This document shows, in pieces, positions 27,680 through 42,084 of a stretch of 64,000 nucleotides of DNA (position 1 is its first letter; every line of letters begins with the position of its first letter). The notes beneath the pieces were generated by a model. The model saw nothing but the letters and a program-made list of their open reading frames with translations, ran no database searches and had not been told where the DNA came from. A program made the translations under genes and the position numbers. The stretch is from Octopus vulgaris (lineage: Eukaryota), in assembly GCA_951406725.2 (NCBI GenBank), contig OX597828.1, positions 23,932,001 to 23,996,000 of the forward strand, read 5' to 3'.

Positions 27680-27895
27680 CACATGAAAAATTAGCTGGAA
27701 ATTGAAAAAAATGTGGTATCTGAAGAAGACTATAGTACCAGTGATTGTAGGAGCTCTAGGGATGATAAAAAAAAAAAGGTACTGAAACCTATTTGAAAAT
27801 GATTCCAGGCTTACCATCCCTACAGAAAGTGCAAAAAGTCGTATTAACTGGAACGGCTCATGTACTGAGAAGAGAATTATCGCTGTGAAAACAAC
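27680..27895 (+). mobile_element. Dong/R4-type LINE C-terminal relic
   Basis: MWYLKKTIVPVIVGALGMIK...VQKVVLTGTAHVLR, homologous to 13566-13805. Confidence 0.75.
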
Positions 27896-28058
27896 ATCCA
27901 TCAATGAATTTATTTATTTATTAATTTTTAAATACATATTTTATCTGTGAATTTGCGCGTGTTATCTGGGAATGCATACAATGAGTTTCTCTGCCCTAAG
28001 TGTATGGAAAACACTCGGCGAGAAACGGAAGAAAATTTGAAGAAAGAAGGAGAAAATA

Positions 28059-28120
<62 letters not shown>

Positions 28121-28124
<4 letters not shown>

Positions 28125-28678
28125 GCCCTGATGCAGTACCAGGCAGTGATTCTCGTGGCTTCTGATTTCAATCGATTGGAAGTGTTATCATGTACATTGT
28201 TTTGTCTTGGTTTAAAAGATGGGCTACGGCAAATATTCTGCTCAGTACCACAGATTTGCTTGTCAGTTGTTTGACCTTAACCAGTTGACCATGTCCCTTA
28301 GTGGCTGACGATATGTGTATCTCTGATCACGAGCAGAAATAGTGAGGGAGCATCTTAGGCATGTGTTGAGAGGGATTGTTTGGAGTTTGAATAATTCACC
28401 TCTGGAAACATGTGTGATTCGTTCAGCATCCTTAAACAACCCTTATTCAGGGACCATTTGAGCGGGATGGGTTACTCGACCAGAAGTACATTCTAATTGG
28501 GCCCCACCTGCAAGGTCATGTGCTGTTTATCTTTATATGAGATCACCATTTCGCGCACATGTGGTTGTGATGCATATGCCTAGTGTACCCTTATCAGACG
28601 AGTAGTCAAGATGGGTAAACTAGGCTTCGTATATTTTACCCCAGTGTCCCTTTGATGACATGCACTGATCTCTCACTC
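28121..28678. mobile_element. ~560 bp non-coding insertion flanked by (AAT)n on both sides
   Basis: Higher-GC non-coding block with sharp ends, sitting inside an AAT microsatellite among Dong/R4 relics. Confidence 0.55.
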
Positions 28679-28698
28679 AATAATAATAATAATAATAA

Positions 28699-29226
28699 TG
28701 AAAGTGCAGTGGAATCGTTTCTAATACATGTGAAGAAATCTGGCATCGTGAAAACTGATATTCGTGTTAGGAAAGAGAAATTTAAAGAAGGAACTCGAAT
28801 AAAGAAATGGCATGGAAAGGGGGCAAAAATATAGGGTCAGTTTCCAAAAGATACGAACTCCAAGACAGATATAGAAGGCCGGTGGTGATGAATGCGGAGG
28901 GGTGGCCTGAAGATAGAAACAGAAGCATTTATATGTGCGGCAGAAGAACAAGCTTTGACGGAAAACTATGTGAAGGGCAGAATTGATGCAACAAATGAGA
29001 GTGGAATATACAGAATGTGTGGTGAGAGGGGTGAAACAGGGTGGCACATTATTAGTGAATGCCCGAAATTGGCACAACGTGAATACAAAAAAAAACGACA
29101 AAAAGTCACCCAAAACGACATGACAATCTAACAAAAGAGCCATTGGGAGCTCTGTGGAGATTGTGGTCTAGAAAGATCAAAGACGTGGTATAACTAAATC
29201 CCAGAAGCAGTTACTCAGAATGATGA
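28699..29226 (+). mobile_element. Dong/R4-type LINE relic (zinc-finger region)
   Basis: GLKIETEAFICAAEEQAL...RMCGERGETGWHIISECPKLAQREY, with stops and frameshifts. Starts at (AAT)n. Confidence 0.85.
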
Positions 29227-29286
29227 TTGCCATATCACACCAACCCACACCACTCCACACATATATTAGATATATACATACATACA

Positions 29287-29317
<31 letters not shown>

Positions 29318-29353
29318 TGTCTAATATATTACATATATATATATATATATTGT

Positions 29354-29397
<44 letters not shown>

Positions 29398-29495
29398 GTA
29401 GTAGGCTTACAAGTAATAAGTCATGGGGTCGATTTATTCGACTTAAAGCGGTGCTCTAGCATGGCCGCTGTCAAAGGACTGAAAAAAATAAAAGA

Positions 29496-29542
<47 letters not shown>

Positions 29543-29950
29543 CTCACAGGTGAGTTGCATACTACCTATTGCGTTGTTGACAAAATGCTCAGATCTGCGG
29601 TTAGAATCTCACTTTTCCAGAAACAGCCGCAAAGTATTACCTGTACTTTCCTTGTTCGTAGCAAGAGTTATTCACCCGTGTTTGTCTTTCCACGGATCTA
29701 CTTAACAATTTACATCAAACTGACACCATAGAGTTGCCAAGTTCTTTTCTACCTCATACTGTAGTGTACACGTCAACACCGAAGCACTATAGACTCCAAC
29801 ATCCTTCCTGACCTTTTCTGGTGTCCTTCTATATAGACTTATATAGTTTTGTTTTCCCTCCCATATGTCATATAAATATCTTACGAGATCATTTGAGTTT
29901 GACATCGCCTCATCATATTTAGTTATATTGCGCTTACAAACACGCATATA

Positions 29951-29988
<38 letters not shown>

Positions 29989-30035
29989 AACACTCACGAA
30001 AAGGCAATATATGTTTATATATATATGTATATATG

Positions 30036-30093
<58 letters not shown>

Positions 30094-30320
30094 TGTATGT
30101 ATGTATGTATGTATGTATGTATGTATGAATGTAGAGATTGAAATAGACAGATAGAGCTAGAAAGAAATAATGAATATGTGTACTTCGCATACACAGTAGA
30201 GGGCGCCTAATAGCGATAGAAATGAATTTGTAATACAAGTAAAATATACCTGCAACTGGCAGGTGATAAATAATATAATAACGTTAGGAATTGTTTAGTT
30301 CAAACACAGAAGTAAATGTG

Positions 30321-30940
30321 TGCGCCAGTAGTTGTGCTAATATTCATCGGAAGCATTTTTTATGTGGCTAAAGCCCAGTGGATCTATTTTTAGTGCTAGA
30401 GTAGACCACATAGTGGTTGCTCTCTTATATTTATGTATAAAATGTATGAAAATCCGGGTTTTATATGCACTAAGCCACTTGGTTTTAAATGGATGTACTA
30501 TTAAATTAGTATACAACTTTCTCACCCTCATTAGTTGATTGTAACTATGCTACATTTAATTTTGGATGTAGTTTCTGTTTCCGTGAGTTTTGGCGGGCCA
30601 TGACAGGGGCACTTAAACTATAGCAGCGAATGCAATTGGCTGGACCACACGTGCGTTTATCGTGTTGGTGAAGTCTAGCGTGCGGTCGAGTTAATTGTAT
30701 TCTGAATGTTTTCGGCCGAGGAGCTACAAATAAAGGTATATTATGTGAGTAAAATTACATAATTTATTAATTTATTAATAGCGAAACAATTGTCCCGAAA
30801 TAATTTGGATTTTTGTTATGTTTATTTGCCCTGTCTGCGCCAGTAGTTGTGCTAATATTCATCGGAAGCATTTTTTATGTGGCTAAAGCCCAGTGGATCT
30901 ATTTTTAGTGCTAGAGTAGACCACATAGTGGTTGCTCTCT

Positions 30941-30945
<5 letters not shown>
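30321..30945. repeat. ~110 bp near-identical direct repeats (30321-30430, 30836-30945) bracketing ~405 bp
   Basis: TGCGCCAGTAGTTGTGCTAATATTCATCGG...GTTGCTCTCTTATAT occurs twice. Confidence 0.9.
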
Positions 30946-30997
<52 letters not shown>

Positions 30998-31002
<5 letters not shown>

Positions 31003-31288
31003 GAAATGAAGAAAATGCTGACAAAATAATTTAAGTAAGGGAGAGTATATTTAATTAGGTGAAAGTTCTTTTTACCGGTTGCGCATTTGTTATGCTTATC
31101 AAAAGATATATTTTTAAGAGAGATAGAGTTCCTTTCTGATAGATTTTTTTCTCTTATCTGTATAGATAAGAGAAAATATATCTTTTGATAAGCATAACAA
31201 ATGCGCAACCGGTAAAAAGAACTTTCACCTAATTAAATACACTCTCCCTTACTTAAATTATTTTGTCAGCATTTTCTTCATTTCCTTT
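30998..31288. repeat. Long hairpin (~115 bp arms) carrying a hammerhead-shaped U3-A8 motif
   Basis: 30998-31113 is the reverse complement of 31173-31288, with an inner palindrome at 31147-31176. Confidence 0.9.
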
Positions 31289-31326
31289 TTTTATATATCA
31301 CAACTCGTGTTCCACATCTCCTTTTT

Positions 31327-31374
<48 letters not shown>

Positions 31375-31819
31375 CATACACATTATCACCTGTATATACA
31401 AGCGTACATAAATACGTGAATATGTTTATATATATATAGTTTGTTCATGTTGATGAACAAACTAATTTTGTTTCTCCATTTTCTTATTTGTATCATAAAT
31501 TTACGGTAAAAATATTTCTTTACCTTCACCGGTTTAATACATAAATGAGTTAATTGCATTGCAATAAAAAACATTTATGTATTAAGAATCTGGGTCCTGT
31601 ACCAACAGTATATTGAATAAATGCTATCCCATAGTGGGTTACACCCATAACCCCTATATATATATATATATTTATATATATGTAAACCAGGGTACAAAAT
31701 AGTACCAACATTGCTAGAAACTACAGTCAAAAATGCCTCAGTCACAAAAAGCAGTGAGGTTAGTTATGTTTAACCCTAGGCGCATTAAGAGCCATTGTGG
31801 AGAACTGAGAAACAATGCT

Positions 31820-31990
31820 CACTTTTGATTAAAATTTTCAAAAAACTTTCCAAAACTTTTCAGAAAGATATTCAAAGACTTTGATGAAAATTTTCAAAAC
31901 AATTTTCAAAAATTCCGAGAAATAATTTCAAAAATATTGATGAAAATTTTCAAAAAACTTTTCAAAAATGTTGATGAAAATTTTCAATAA
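31820..31990. repeat. Degenerate minisatellite (GAAAATTTTCAAAA-like units)
   Basis: Repeated AAAATTTTCAAAA/TTGATGAAAA motifs. Confidence 0.7.
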
Positions 31991-32269
31991 ACTGGAAATT
32001 TAAGATGCAGAATCTGCAAAGGAAAGTGCGAGACTTTCAGCATTTAATCTCTAGTTGTTTAACCTGCATTGATCTGCAATTCTACAAAAAACCTTAGCTG
32101 AGAGCAAGTGTAGCAAGATGTTCAGTGAGATTTTGGGTATCAACAATAACCGACGGACTAAATGGTCTATTGTACTTTACACCTTGTTTAATTCAGTGAA
32201 TCTCTAGGCTTCTCTTGTTGAACAGTGCTAACATAGGATATTACTGACTCAGGGTAAAGTCTCAGGCAT

Positions 32270-32722
32270 TGTGCCGCTGCCATCAACCGAGTTTGCTTGA
32301 AATATGCGCACGTGATTGTTTTGTAGGCTTTTTTTTTAGTGTTGAAACAGTGGTGTTTGGCACTCCGTCGGAAGTTGGTTGGCACTCAACGGAACAGCCT
32401 GATCGTGAAATTAAAGTGCAACTGACTGAGCACTCCACAGACACGTGTACTGTTAACGTAGTTCTCGGGGAGATTCAGCGTGACACAGAGTGTGATAAGG
32501 CTGGCCCTTCGAAATACAGGTACAACAGAAACAGGAAGAAAGAGTGAGAGAAAGTTGTGGTGAAAGAGTACAGCAGGGTTCGCTACCACCCCCTGCCAGA
32601 GCCTCTTGGAGCTTTAGGTGTTTTCGCTCAATAAACACTCACAACGTCCAGTCTGGAAATCAAAACCGCGATCCTAAGACCGCGAGTCCGCTGCCCTAAC
32701 CACTGGGCTATTACGCCTCCAC
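32270..32722 (-). mobile_element. SINE with family B head and an alternative 3' tail
   Basis: 32540-32722 is the reverse complement of the family B 5' region. 32270-32520 resembles the tail at 33810-33975. Confidence 0.85.
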
Positions 32723-33064
32723 TGTAGAAACAGTATATGCGTCGTAACCTCGAACAGGCGTTGTTGCGTGTAGGATAGATCTGGTTCTCAATTAGGACCG
32801 TCATAAAAGTTAAAGACCATAGGATTGCACCTAGAAAGTTATTCTCCAAGGCACAAGTCCGGGCAAGCTTGCTTATGGATATCAACCGGTCGTTCGTGCA
32901 TACCAACCTCCCCTCTCAACACCACCGATGTTATCCAAGAGAAAGTCAAATGCCGATACAGTTTGGCACCAGTTACGTCACAACTCATTTCTAGAGCCAA
33001 GTCATCAGAAGTAACACGAACACAACACAACACACAACCGCATCACTATTACCTTTTAGCTCAA

Positions 33065-33285
33065 TGGCGGCGAGCAAGCAGAATCGTTAGCAAGCAGGAC
33101 AAAATACTGAGCGGTTATTTCGTCCGTCTTTACGTATTGGGTTCAAATTACGCCGAGATGAACTTAGCCTTTTATCCTTTCGGGACCGATAAAAATAAGT
33201 AACCGCTGGCCACTTGAGCCAGTGTAATCGACTTATCCCCTTTCCCCGAAACAGCTGCGTTTGTGCCAAAATTTGAAATCAATAT
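33065..33285 (+). mobile_element. SINE family C monomer (diverged)
   Basis: GGCGGCGAGC..GCAGAATCGTTAGC head and family body. Confidence 0.8.
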
Positions 33286-33654
33286 TATTTTTCTGTTTGG
33301 AAGTGTAAGTCGTTTCTCTCTCTGTGATGATTCTGCTGAGACACCGTAACCGGCGGGAAACGTGCAGTGTTGATGGTAGTGATTGTTGTGACGGCGATAA
33401 TGGCAGTGGTGGTAGTGGTAGTGAATGTGTTTGGGGTGTTATTACAGTAGATTATCACTGATCTCCTAGAAGTGGTGTTTGTAGTTGATGGGATTATCAT
33501 ATTTGTTACGGGCGGTTTACAATAGTATTATGACTGACGTCCCAGAAGTAGTTGGAGATGGTAATGATGGTGGCAGCAGTGATTAAGGTATTATTACAGA
33601 TGATACAAACGGTGGTAGGAAAGGGTAGCTATAATGGTATTAACACTGGTAGCG

Positions 33655-33975
33655 TGAAGGCGTGTGGCTCAGTGGTTAGGGTAATCAGATCACGATTGTA
33701 AAGTCATGGGTTCGATTCCTCGCAGCGTGTTATATTCTTGAGCAAGACACTTTATTTGTCGTTGTTCCATTCAAATAGCAAAAGAAAAAAATAGATACCA
33801 GTAATTCGAAAGGCCAGCCTTGTTACATTCTGTCTCAATGAATCTGTTTGATAATTACATTAAGGGTACTCATGTCTGCAAAATTGCTCAGCCACTTACA
33901 CGTTTATTTCACGAGCAGGCTGTTCCGTTGATTGGATCAACTGGAACAGTCATCGTCGTAAGCGACGGGGAGCCT
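33655..33975 (+). mobile_element. SINE family D-like
   Basis: tRNA head GGCGTGTGGCTCAGTGGTTAG...GGTTCGATTCC and CTTGAGCAAGACACTT. Relatives at 49315 and 61135. Confidence 0.75.
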
Positions 33976-34599
33976 GTAATTATCAGTTATCACAAGTTGC
34001 CAGGATATATTTACAAAGACCTAATTGGCTGGAGAGCTATGTCCACTGGGCAATACATCATCACTTCATTACGAGAATAGACAAAAAAGGATACAAACAT
34101 GATCCAAGCACGTTTGAACTATTGTAACTAGGTTCATCGCATAAAGGTTGATCATTTACCAGTGAGAGGACATTTGCGTCATATCCTCGCCATATTGTAT
34201 ACAGCATGTCACACATGGAAAAGTTTGACGAGACATACGCCGACATTATATCGCATGCCATTTACCATTATCCAAGTTTTTCAATTCGTATTTCTATGAA
34301 AACAATCCGATTCTATAGTGAGAAAGAACTTAAAATACCACTGAGTGAATATTTATTTATTTGTTTATAAAAATTTAGCTTTTGTGCTACCCACGTATAA
34401 TGAACGATGTTTCTTTCTCAACAATAGCGTAAAATGTTAAATAATGCAAACAATGTTTAACTGAGCACACGCAGCCCTACGCATTTATTCAGAGTCACTT
34501 TTACACCCACTCATAGTAACATAAAATACGGAAAGGAAAAGATTTTTTTTCCCATTTTTTTTTCTCTACAGTGTACATCGCAGTTTGTGATTTGTGGAA

Positions 34600-35165
34600 T
34601 CGGAAATTCGCCGGTCAAAATAATTTGCGGTATCAGCTCTCACTTTTTCGTTCTGAGTTCAAATTCCATCCAGCTCGAATTTGCCTTCCATTTTCTTGGG
34701 AGCTGATAAAATAATATCGGGGTGGGGTTATGTGTATTGCTTAGAACCCAGCGTTCAACTGGCACGTCTTTAATCGAGCCCAAAAGGATGAAAGGCAAAA
34801 ATCGACTTGGCGGAATTAGAACTCAGAACTGGAAGACGGAAGAAATACCGCGAAGAGTTTTTGTCCGGCGTAATAACGATACTGGAAGCTCGATGATAAA
34901 AAAAATTACCATTTGAATACTGGGAGACGATGTAATCGGCTTTACGCTTACCACAAAACCTTTAAACCTTGAGCTGCATGTCAGGTCATCGGCGGCATTT
35001 CTTCCGGGACTTAACGTTCCCAGTTCAAATGACGCCGAAGAAGTAGTCTTTGTCTTTCCCCTCTTTGGGGGTCGATAAAATAAATACCAGTTAAGCACTG
35101 GGGTCCATGTAGCCGAATAGCATCCTCCCAATGAATTTCAGGCATTTTGCCTATGGTAGAAAGTA
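34600..35165. mobile_element. Cluster of degraded SINE family C copies in both orientations
   Basis: Plus copy ~34600-34740, minus copy ~34745-34885, plus copy ~34990-35165. Confidence 0.7.
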
Positions 35166-35565
35166 TTATTATCGTTGTTGTTTTAGTAGTAGTAGTGGTG
35201 ATGGTAGAGCTTTTGTTTTTCGATTGTGTGAATGGTTGACATCGCTATGTCTGTGAACAAAAGATAATTTTTACGGTAGGATTAAAAAGTTTGGCTTTCA
35301 TTATATTCGCGTGATTCTTTGTATTTCAGTTATTCTGGGAGTTCAATGAAATAAGACGCAGCCAATGTTGACAAACGTAAAATTGTTAAGGAGTTGGACA
35401 ATATAAGTTCCAATCCTTCTGAAGTAATCTTTACCTATCATTACATTGACACCGATTTGGGTTAATGTTCGCAACTCTTTCTTCCTCAAACAACAGGTCG
35501 TGTTCCAGTATTTGAAGCAATTATTAAAAGTAGCAAACTGACAGTATTGACAATATATCAGACGA

Positions 35566-35971
35566 CAAGGCGGCGAGCTGGCAGAAACGTTAGCACGCCG
35601 GGCGAAATGCCTAGCGGTATTTCGTCTGCCACTACGTTCTGAGTTCAAATTCCGCCGAGGTCGACTTTGCCTTTCATCCTTTTGGAGTCGATTACATAAG
35701 TACCAGTTACGTACTGGGGTCGATATAATCGACTCAATCCGTTTGTGTGTCCTTGTTTGTCGTCTCTGTGTTTAACCCCTTGCGGGTAGTAAAGAAATAG
35801 GCATTTCGTCTGCCTTTACGTTCTGAGTTCGACTTCCGCCGAGGTCGACTTTGTCTTTTAATCCTTTCTCGGTCGATAGATTAAGTACTAGTTGCGTACT
35901 GGGATCGATGTAATCGACTGGGCCCTCCCCTAAAAATTAGAATTTCGGGCTTTGTGCCTCGGGTAGAACAG
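35566..35971 (+). mobile_element. SINE family C dimer with 14-bp TSD
   Basis: AATATATCAGACGA at 35552-35565 and 35972-35985. Confidence 0.92.
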
Positions 35972-36721
35972 AATATATCAGACGATGTGCTTATTGGAGT
36001 TTCTTCTGGCTCTTTATGTTTTGTGTTCAAATTACTCTGAGGTCGACTTTGACTTTCTTCACTCCGTGGTCGATAATGTGCATTATCAGTCTAGAAATAA
36101 GCTCGATGTTATCCATTAAACTCCTTCCGTCAAAATTACTAGTCTTGTGATTAAAACAAAAGCCATTATGGTTGTTGGGTTTGCAGAACCGTTAGAGCGT
36201 CAAAAAGAAAAACTGACTTACAGAATTCAATCCGGTTTTTAGATTGTAATTGCAACTCGCAGACATCACATGCATTCCATGTAACTACTATACCTCAAAT
36301 ACCAAACATATTCCATACACGATACATATCACGTGGATATACCCCAAACACCAAACACACTAAATAATCCACGTAAGTCACATATACTTCCTGCATCGTA
36401 TAACATACATATATATATATATATATAACACTTACTTCTCGTATATACACTAATCACATGAAATACGCCACATCTTTCACATACAACACATACAATACAT
36501 ACTCCCAAAACATAGATCATAAAGCATCAAAGAAAACTACATCTGACACCCACACGTCATACAATACACTCGTCATATTTATCATGTTTACTGCATACAC
36601 GAAATATTTCATATGTACACCGCGATAAATATCACAAATCAAAGACTTTATATTAACCACGTAAAAAAACACCAACACATCATAATCACTACATCAATCA
36701 CAAATATGCTATATACATATA

Positions 36722-37137
<416 letters not shown>

Positions 37138-37403
37138 TATATATATATACATACATACATATATATCTATATGCACAAAATATATAGTATAAAAAAATAA
37201 ATTTCAGCCTTCAATATTTCAGGAGAATAAAAAGAAATCATTAATTTTAAGGTGTTTGTCATCTCCGTTCACTCATTCCATAATCATGGGTATGTTCTAC
37301 TTGTCTAACACACTCAGGCATGCACACACGCGCATAAATGCTATACGCACTCGCGTACGCAGAATCGCATATATATATATACATTCATATATATATATAT
37401 ATG

Positions 37404-37463
<60 letters not shown>

Positions 37464-37514
37464 TACATATATATATATATATATATGCATACATATATAT
37501 ATATATATACACAT

Positions 37515-37557
<43 letters not shown>

Positions 37558-37562
37558 TAAAT

Positions 37563-37613
<51 letters not shown>

Positions 37614-37679
37614 TAAATCCTTAAAAATGTTTCAGCCCGAAGGCTGCGGCCATGCTGGGGCACCACCGCTGAATGAGCT

Positions 37680-39425
37680 ACATTAATATGTGAATCCACC
37701 TCTGATATGTGGCACTTGGTCAACAAGGGAGTTCGATGCCGCTGCCCGCATCTGTGTCTCCTGTCATGAGGTAGGTTTATCTGGGACATCCGACAAGAAG
37801 AGATCCAGTTTAGTTTTAAAGGAACCCGCATCCACACCATGCAAGTATCTCAGGCATTTAGGGAGGATGTTAAAGAGCTGTGGTCCTCTGAAACCCAAGC
37901 TGTTGCAGTATCTGGTCCTGTACTTTGATGGTGATGTTGGAATCTTTGGCATCATGCGGTTGGTGGTAACTTTGAATGCCAAAGTTTGGGACAAGACCCT
38001 CTAGGATTTTCCAGATGTATATCACCGCATATCTCTCCCGCCTTCGCTCTAGGGAGAAGAGTTTTCATACTTTCAGTCTTTCCCAGTAGCTGATATGTTG
38101 CATTGAGACGATCTTCTTTGTGTCGCTTCTTTGAATTGCTTCGAGTTTTCCTGTTAGTTTTATATTGTGTGGTGACCATACTTAGGAGCAGTAGTCCAAG
38201 CGGCTGAGGACGAAAGTTTTCCACAGGACCATCAGTGTCTCCTTCTCTCTTGTTCTGAAAGTTCGGAGAATCCATCCCATTAGCCGTCTGCATTTTATCA
38301 CCAAATTAGTAATATGCACTTGGAAAGATGCATCATTGCTCATGTCAATGTCCAGGTCACGCGCTGATTTTGACTCAGGGATTGCAATTCTTCCCGGGCC
38401 AGTGTATCCAGTCTGCATGTCGTTTACCTTTGTGTGCCGGTAGCGCAGGGCCTGGAACTTACCTGCATTAAACTGCATGTTGTTGTCCTCAGCATACTGT
38501 TTATTGTATCCAACTCCTGTTGCAGATGTGCAATATTTCCAGGGTTTTGTATTGTGTGGGAGACTTTTGTGTCATCTGCATAGCTAGCAAGGGTGGCCAT
38601 CTTAGCAACTGATGGCATGTCTTAAAGGGCCACTATGAACAGCAGTGGCCCCAAGACAGTGCCCTGTGGAACACCGCTTGTTATTTGTGTTTCCTTGGAG
38701 GTGGCTCCATTGCTCACAAGTGCCTGCCTTCTATCTTTTAGGATATTGTGCAGCCACTCTACAAGTTTTCTGCCTATGCTAAGACCACGCAGTTTGTGAC
38801 AAATCATACCGTGGTCGCATTTATCAAAGGCTTTTGAAAAGTCGAGATATATCACATCCATATTTGAGCCATTTAGTAGCTGTTTTAACACCCAGTCATA
38901 GTGTTGCAGGAGCTGTGTTAGGCAGCTTCTACCTGGTCGAAATCCATGCTGCGTGTCAGTGAGCAAGTCATTTTCTTTAAGGAACATCATTAGTTCCTTG
39001 CGGACTATTCGTTCCATGACTTTGCTGATGTGTGAGGTCAGAGAGATAGGCCTATAATTTTTAGCATCTGCTCTGCTTCCTCCCTTATGTATAGGGCATA
39101 TTTCAATTTGACCGGGAGCTTGCCACTTGCAAGAAAGCTCTGAAAAAGAAGCTGTAGCGGTTTTGCAAGGACTCGTTTGCACGATTTGAGAAGGATCGCT
39201 GGAAATCCATCAGGTCCAGCAGATGAGTTTGTGTCAATCTCATCTATGGCGGGTGTGATATCATCATCTTCGATGTTGATGTACTCAATTTTTGCCTCGT
39301 TGGCCGCAGGTAAAGTGGCAAAGAATTCTTCTGGGTTGTTTACTTGCCTGTGTCCTAGAGGTGTAGTGAACACACTTTGGAACTGTTCGTTCAGTATTTC
39401 ACTTATCCTCGTGGGATTTCCTGTG
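37680..39425 (-). mobile_element. 5'-truncated CR1-group LINE, reverse transcriptase pseudogene
   Basis: [60 protein letters not shown] and FKTKLD motifs spread over several frames. Confidence 0.92.
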
Positions 39426-39723
39426 AAATGTATATACACATATATATATATACATATATATATGTACATATATATATATGTACATATATATATATACATA
39501 TATATACATATATATATATATATATACATATATATACACATATATATATGTATATATAAATATGTATATATATACATGTATATATATGTATATATAAACA
39601 TGTTTATATATACATGTATATATAAACGTGTATATATATACATATATATATACATACATATATATATATATACACATATATATATGTATATATAAACATG
39701 TATATACATGTATATACGTATGT

Positions 39724-39779
<56 letters not shown>

Positions 39780-40039
39780 TTATATACATACATACAAACA
39801 AATGTATGGTGATGTATACGTATACTAAGACATAGTTATAATATATATGCACATGCATAATACGCATAAATCTCTGGATATGTAGGTGTATACACCATCA
39901 CACACGTAAAAAAAATATATGTGCATATATAAATATGGTGATGTCTAGATATATTGAAATACATACATATATTCATATACGTAAGTACATATTTATGCTT
40001 GTATGTAAATATATTATGTACGTGCGTAAATATATTTGA

Positions 40040-40082
<43 letters not shown>

Positions 40083-40161
40083 CAAACATACAATCACACA
40101 TATATATTTATATGTATATATAAAGATATATACATATATATATGCATACATATATTCATAG

Positions 40162-40211
<50 letters not shown>

Positions 40212-40841
40212 AGAAATCCATACATGCATACACACACACGCACAAACATACACGCGTACACACATGTGTTGTGTGTTTATAGATACATACATACATTCAT
40301 ACAAGCATGCATGCATTCATATAGACAAAAGCAAGGTAGTCTGCGCAATTCATATTACATCGAAAGACTTTCAGCAGTGCGGTTTAAATACAGTTTCCCT
40401 CTCTATTGTTCCACAGTTTTCTCTCTCCATCAATTACCAATGGAGAAACAGAATGGATTTATAGTTGCCACATAGTTTCACTTACGTCAAAGGTTTCAAT
40501 CCGTGGGACATATATTTTGTCACGTTAGAACAACATCGAATCCACCTACATCTGCCACGCTCTTCTTTCTCTTTTTTCCTCACCGTATACTTTTATTGCT
40601 TTTATTAGCATTGCCAATATCGTAGGTGTCAGAAAGAAGAATGATGTCCTAGGTATACATATGTATGTATGTATGAATGTATGTATATTTGTATGTGTGA
40701 AACTGTATGTGTGGGCGTGTGGGCACGTGCGTATGTGTGTTTGTAAGTATGAGGATCTGAGATGACATCCATGCACGAGTGACTGTATTTGTGGAGTGTT
40801 TTGATATGCAAGTAGGTAGGTTTCATATATGCATACATACT

Positions 40842-40873
<32 letters not shown>

Positions 40874-40916
40874 CATGTATGTATATGCATGTATATATAT
40901 GTATATATATGCACAT

Positions 40917-40957
<41 letters not shown>

Positions 40958-41046
40958 TACACATATCTACACGCATATACAATATGTATGTTTATAAATA
41001 TATGTATCTATACAGAAATAGAATAAATACGTCTATATACACTTAT

Positions 41047-41077
<31 letters not shown>

Positions 41078-41127
41078 TATATATATATACATATATCTAT
41101 ATCTATATACATAATACACTCATATAT

Positions 41128-41176
<49 letters not shown>

Positions 41177-41177
41177 A

Positions 41178-41229
<52 letters not shown>

Positions 41230-41534
41230 TTATATATATTTATGTACGTAGGTTTATATTGAAACATGAATTATATGCATATGTCATATGCAACACCGTG
41301 GAAGTTAATCCTGTGGGAATCTACAACATCAATATCCAATAGAATTACGATTTCCGTTCGTGGATTTCCGAAGTGATTTGCATTCCAATACATTTGACAT
41401 TCCAATACTCTTGGCTGAATCTCCTATTCTCTAATCAGCTCTGTACACCTCCCATGGAACTTGCCTATACCTCGCTGAGGGCAATCTATAAAGAACATTG
41501 TTCTATAAACTGCATTGTTATAAACGCACATATA

Positions 41535-41577
<43 letters not shown>

Positions 41578-41729
41578 CGTATTACAATTAATCTATGGAG
41601 ATCGATTTTAAAAAAAATAGTATGAGTCTAGTAATGGGGATGAGGCAATCGACTAATTCTTCTCCACTCAAAAAGTGTTCATTCCTTGTAACGATAGTGA
41701 AATGATAACCAGAGCAAGAACAACAATAA

Positions 41730-42030
<301 letters not shown>

Positions 42031-42084
42031 AAACAGAAGAAGGAAAAGAAGAACGAGGAGGAGGAAGAGGGGGAAGAAAACAAA

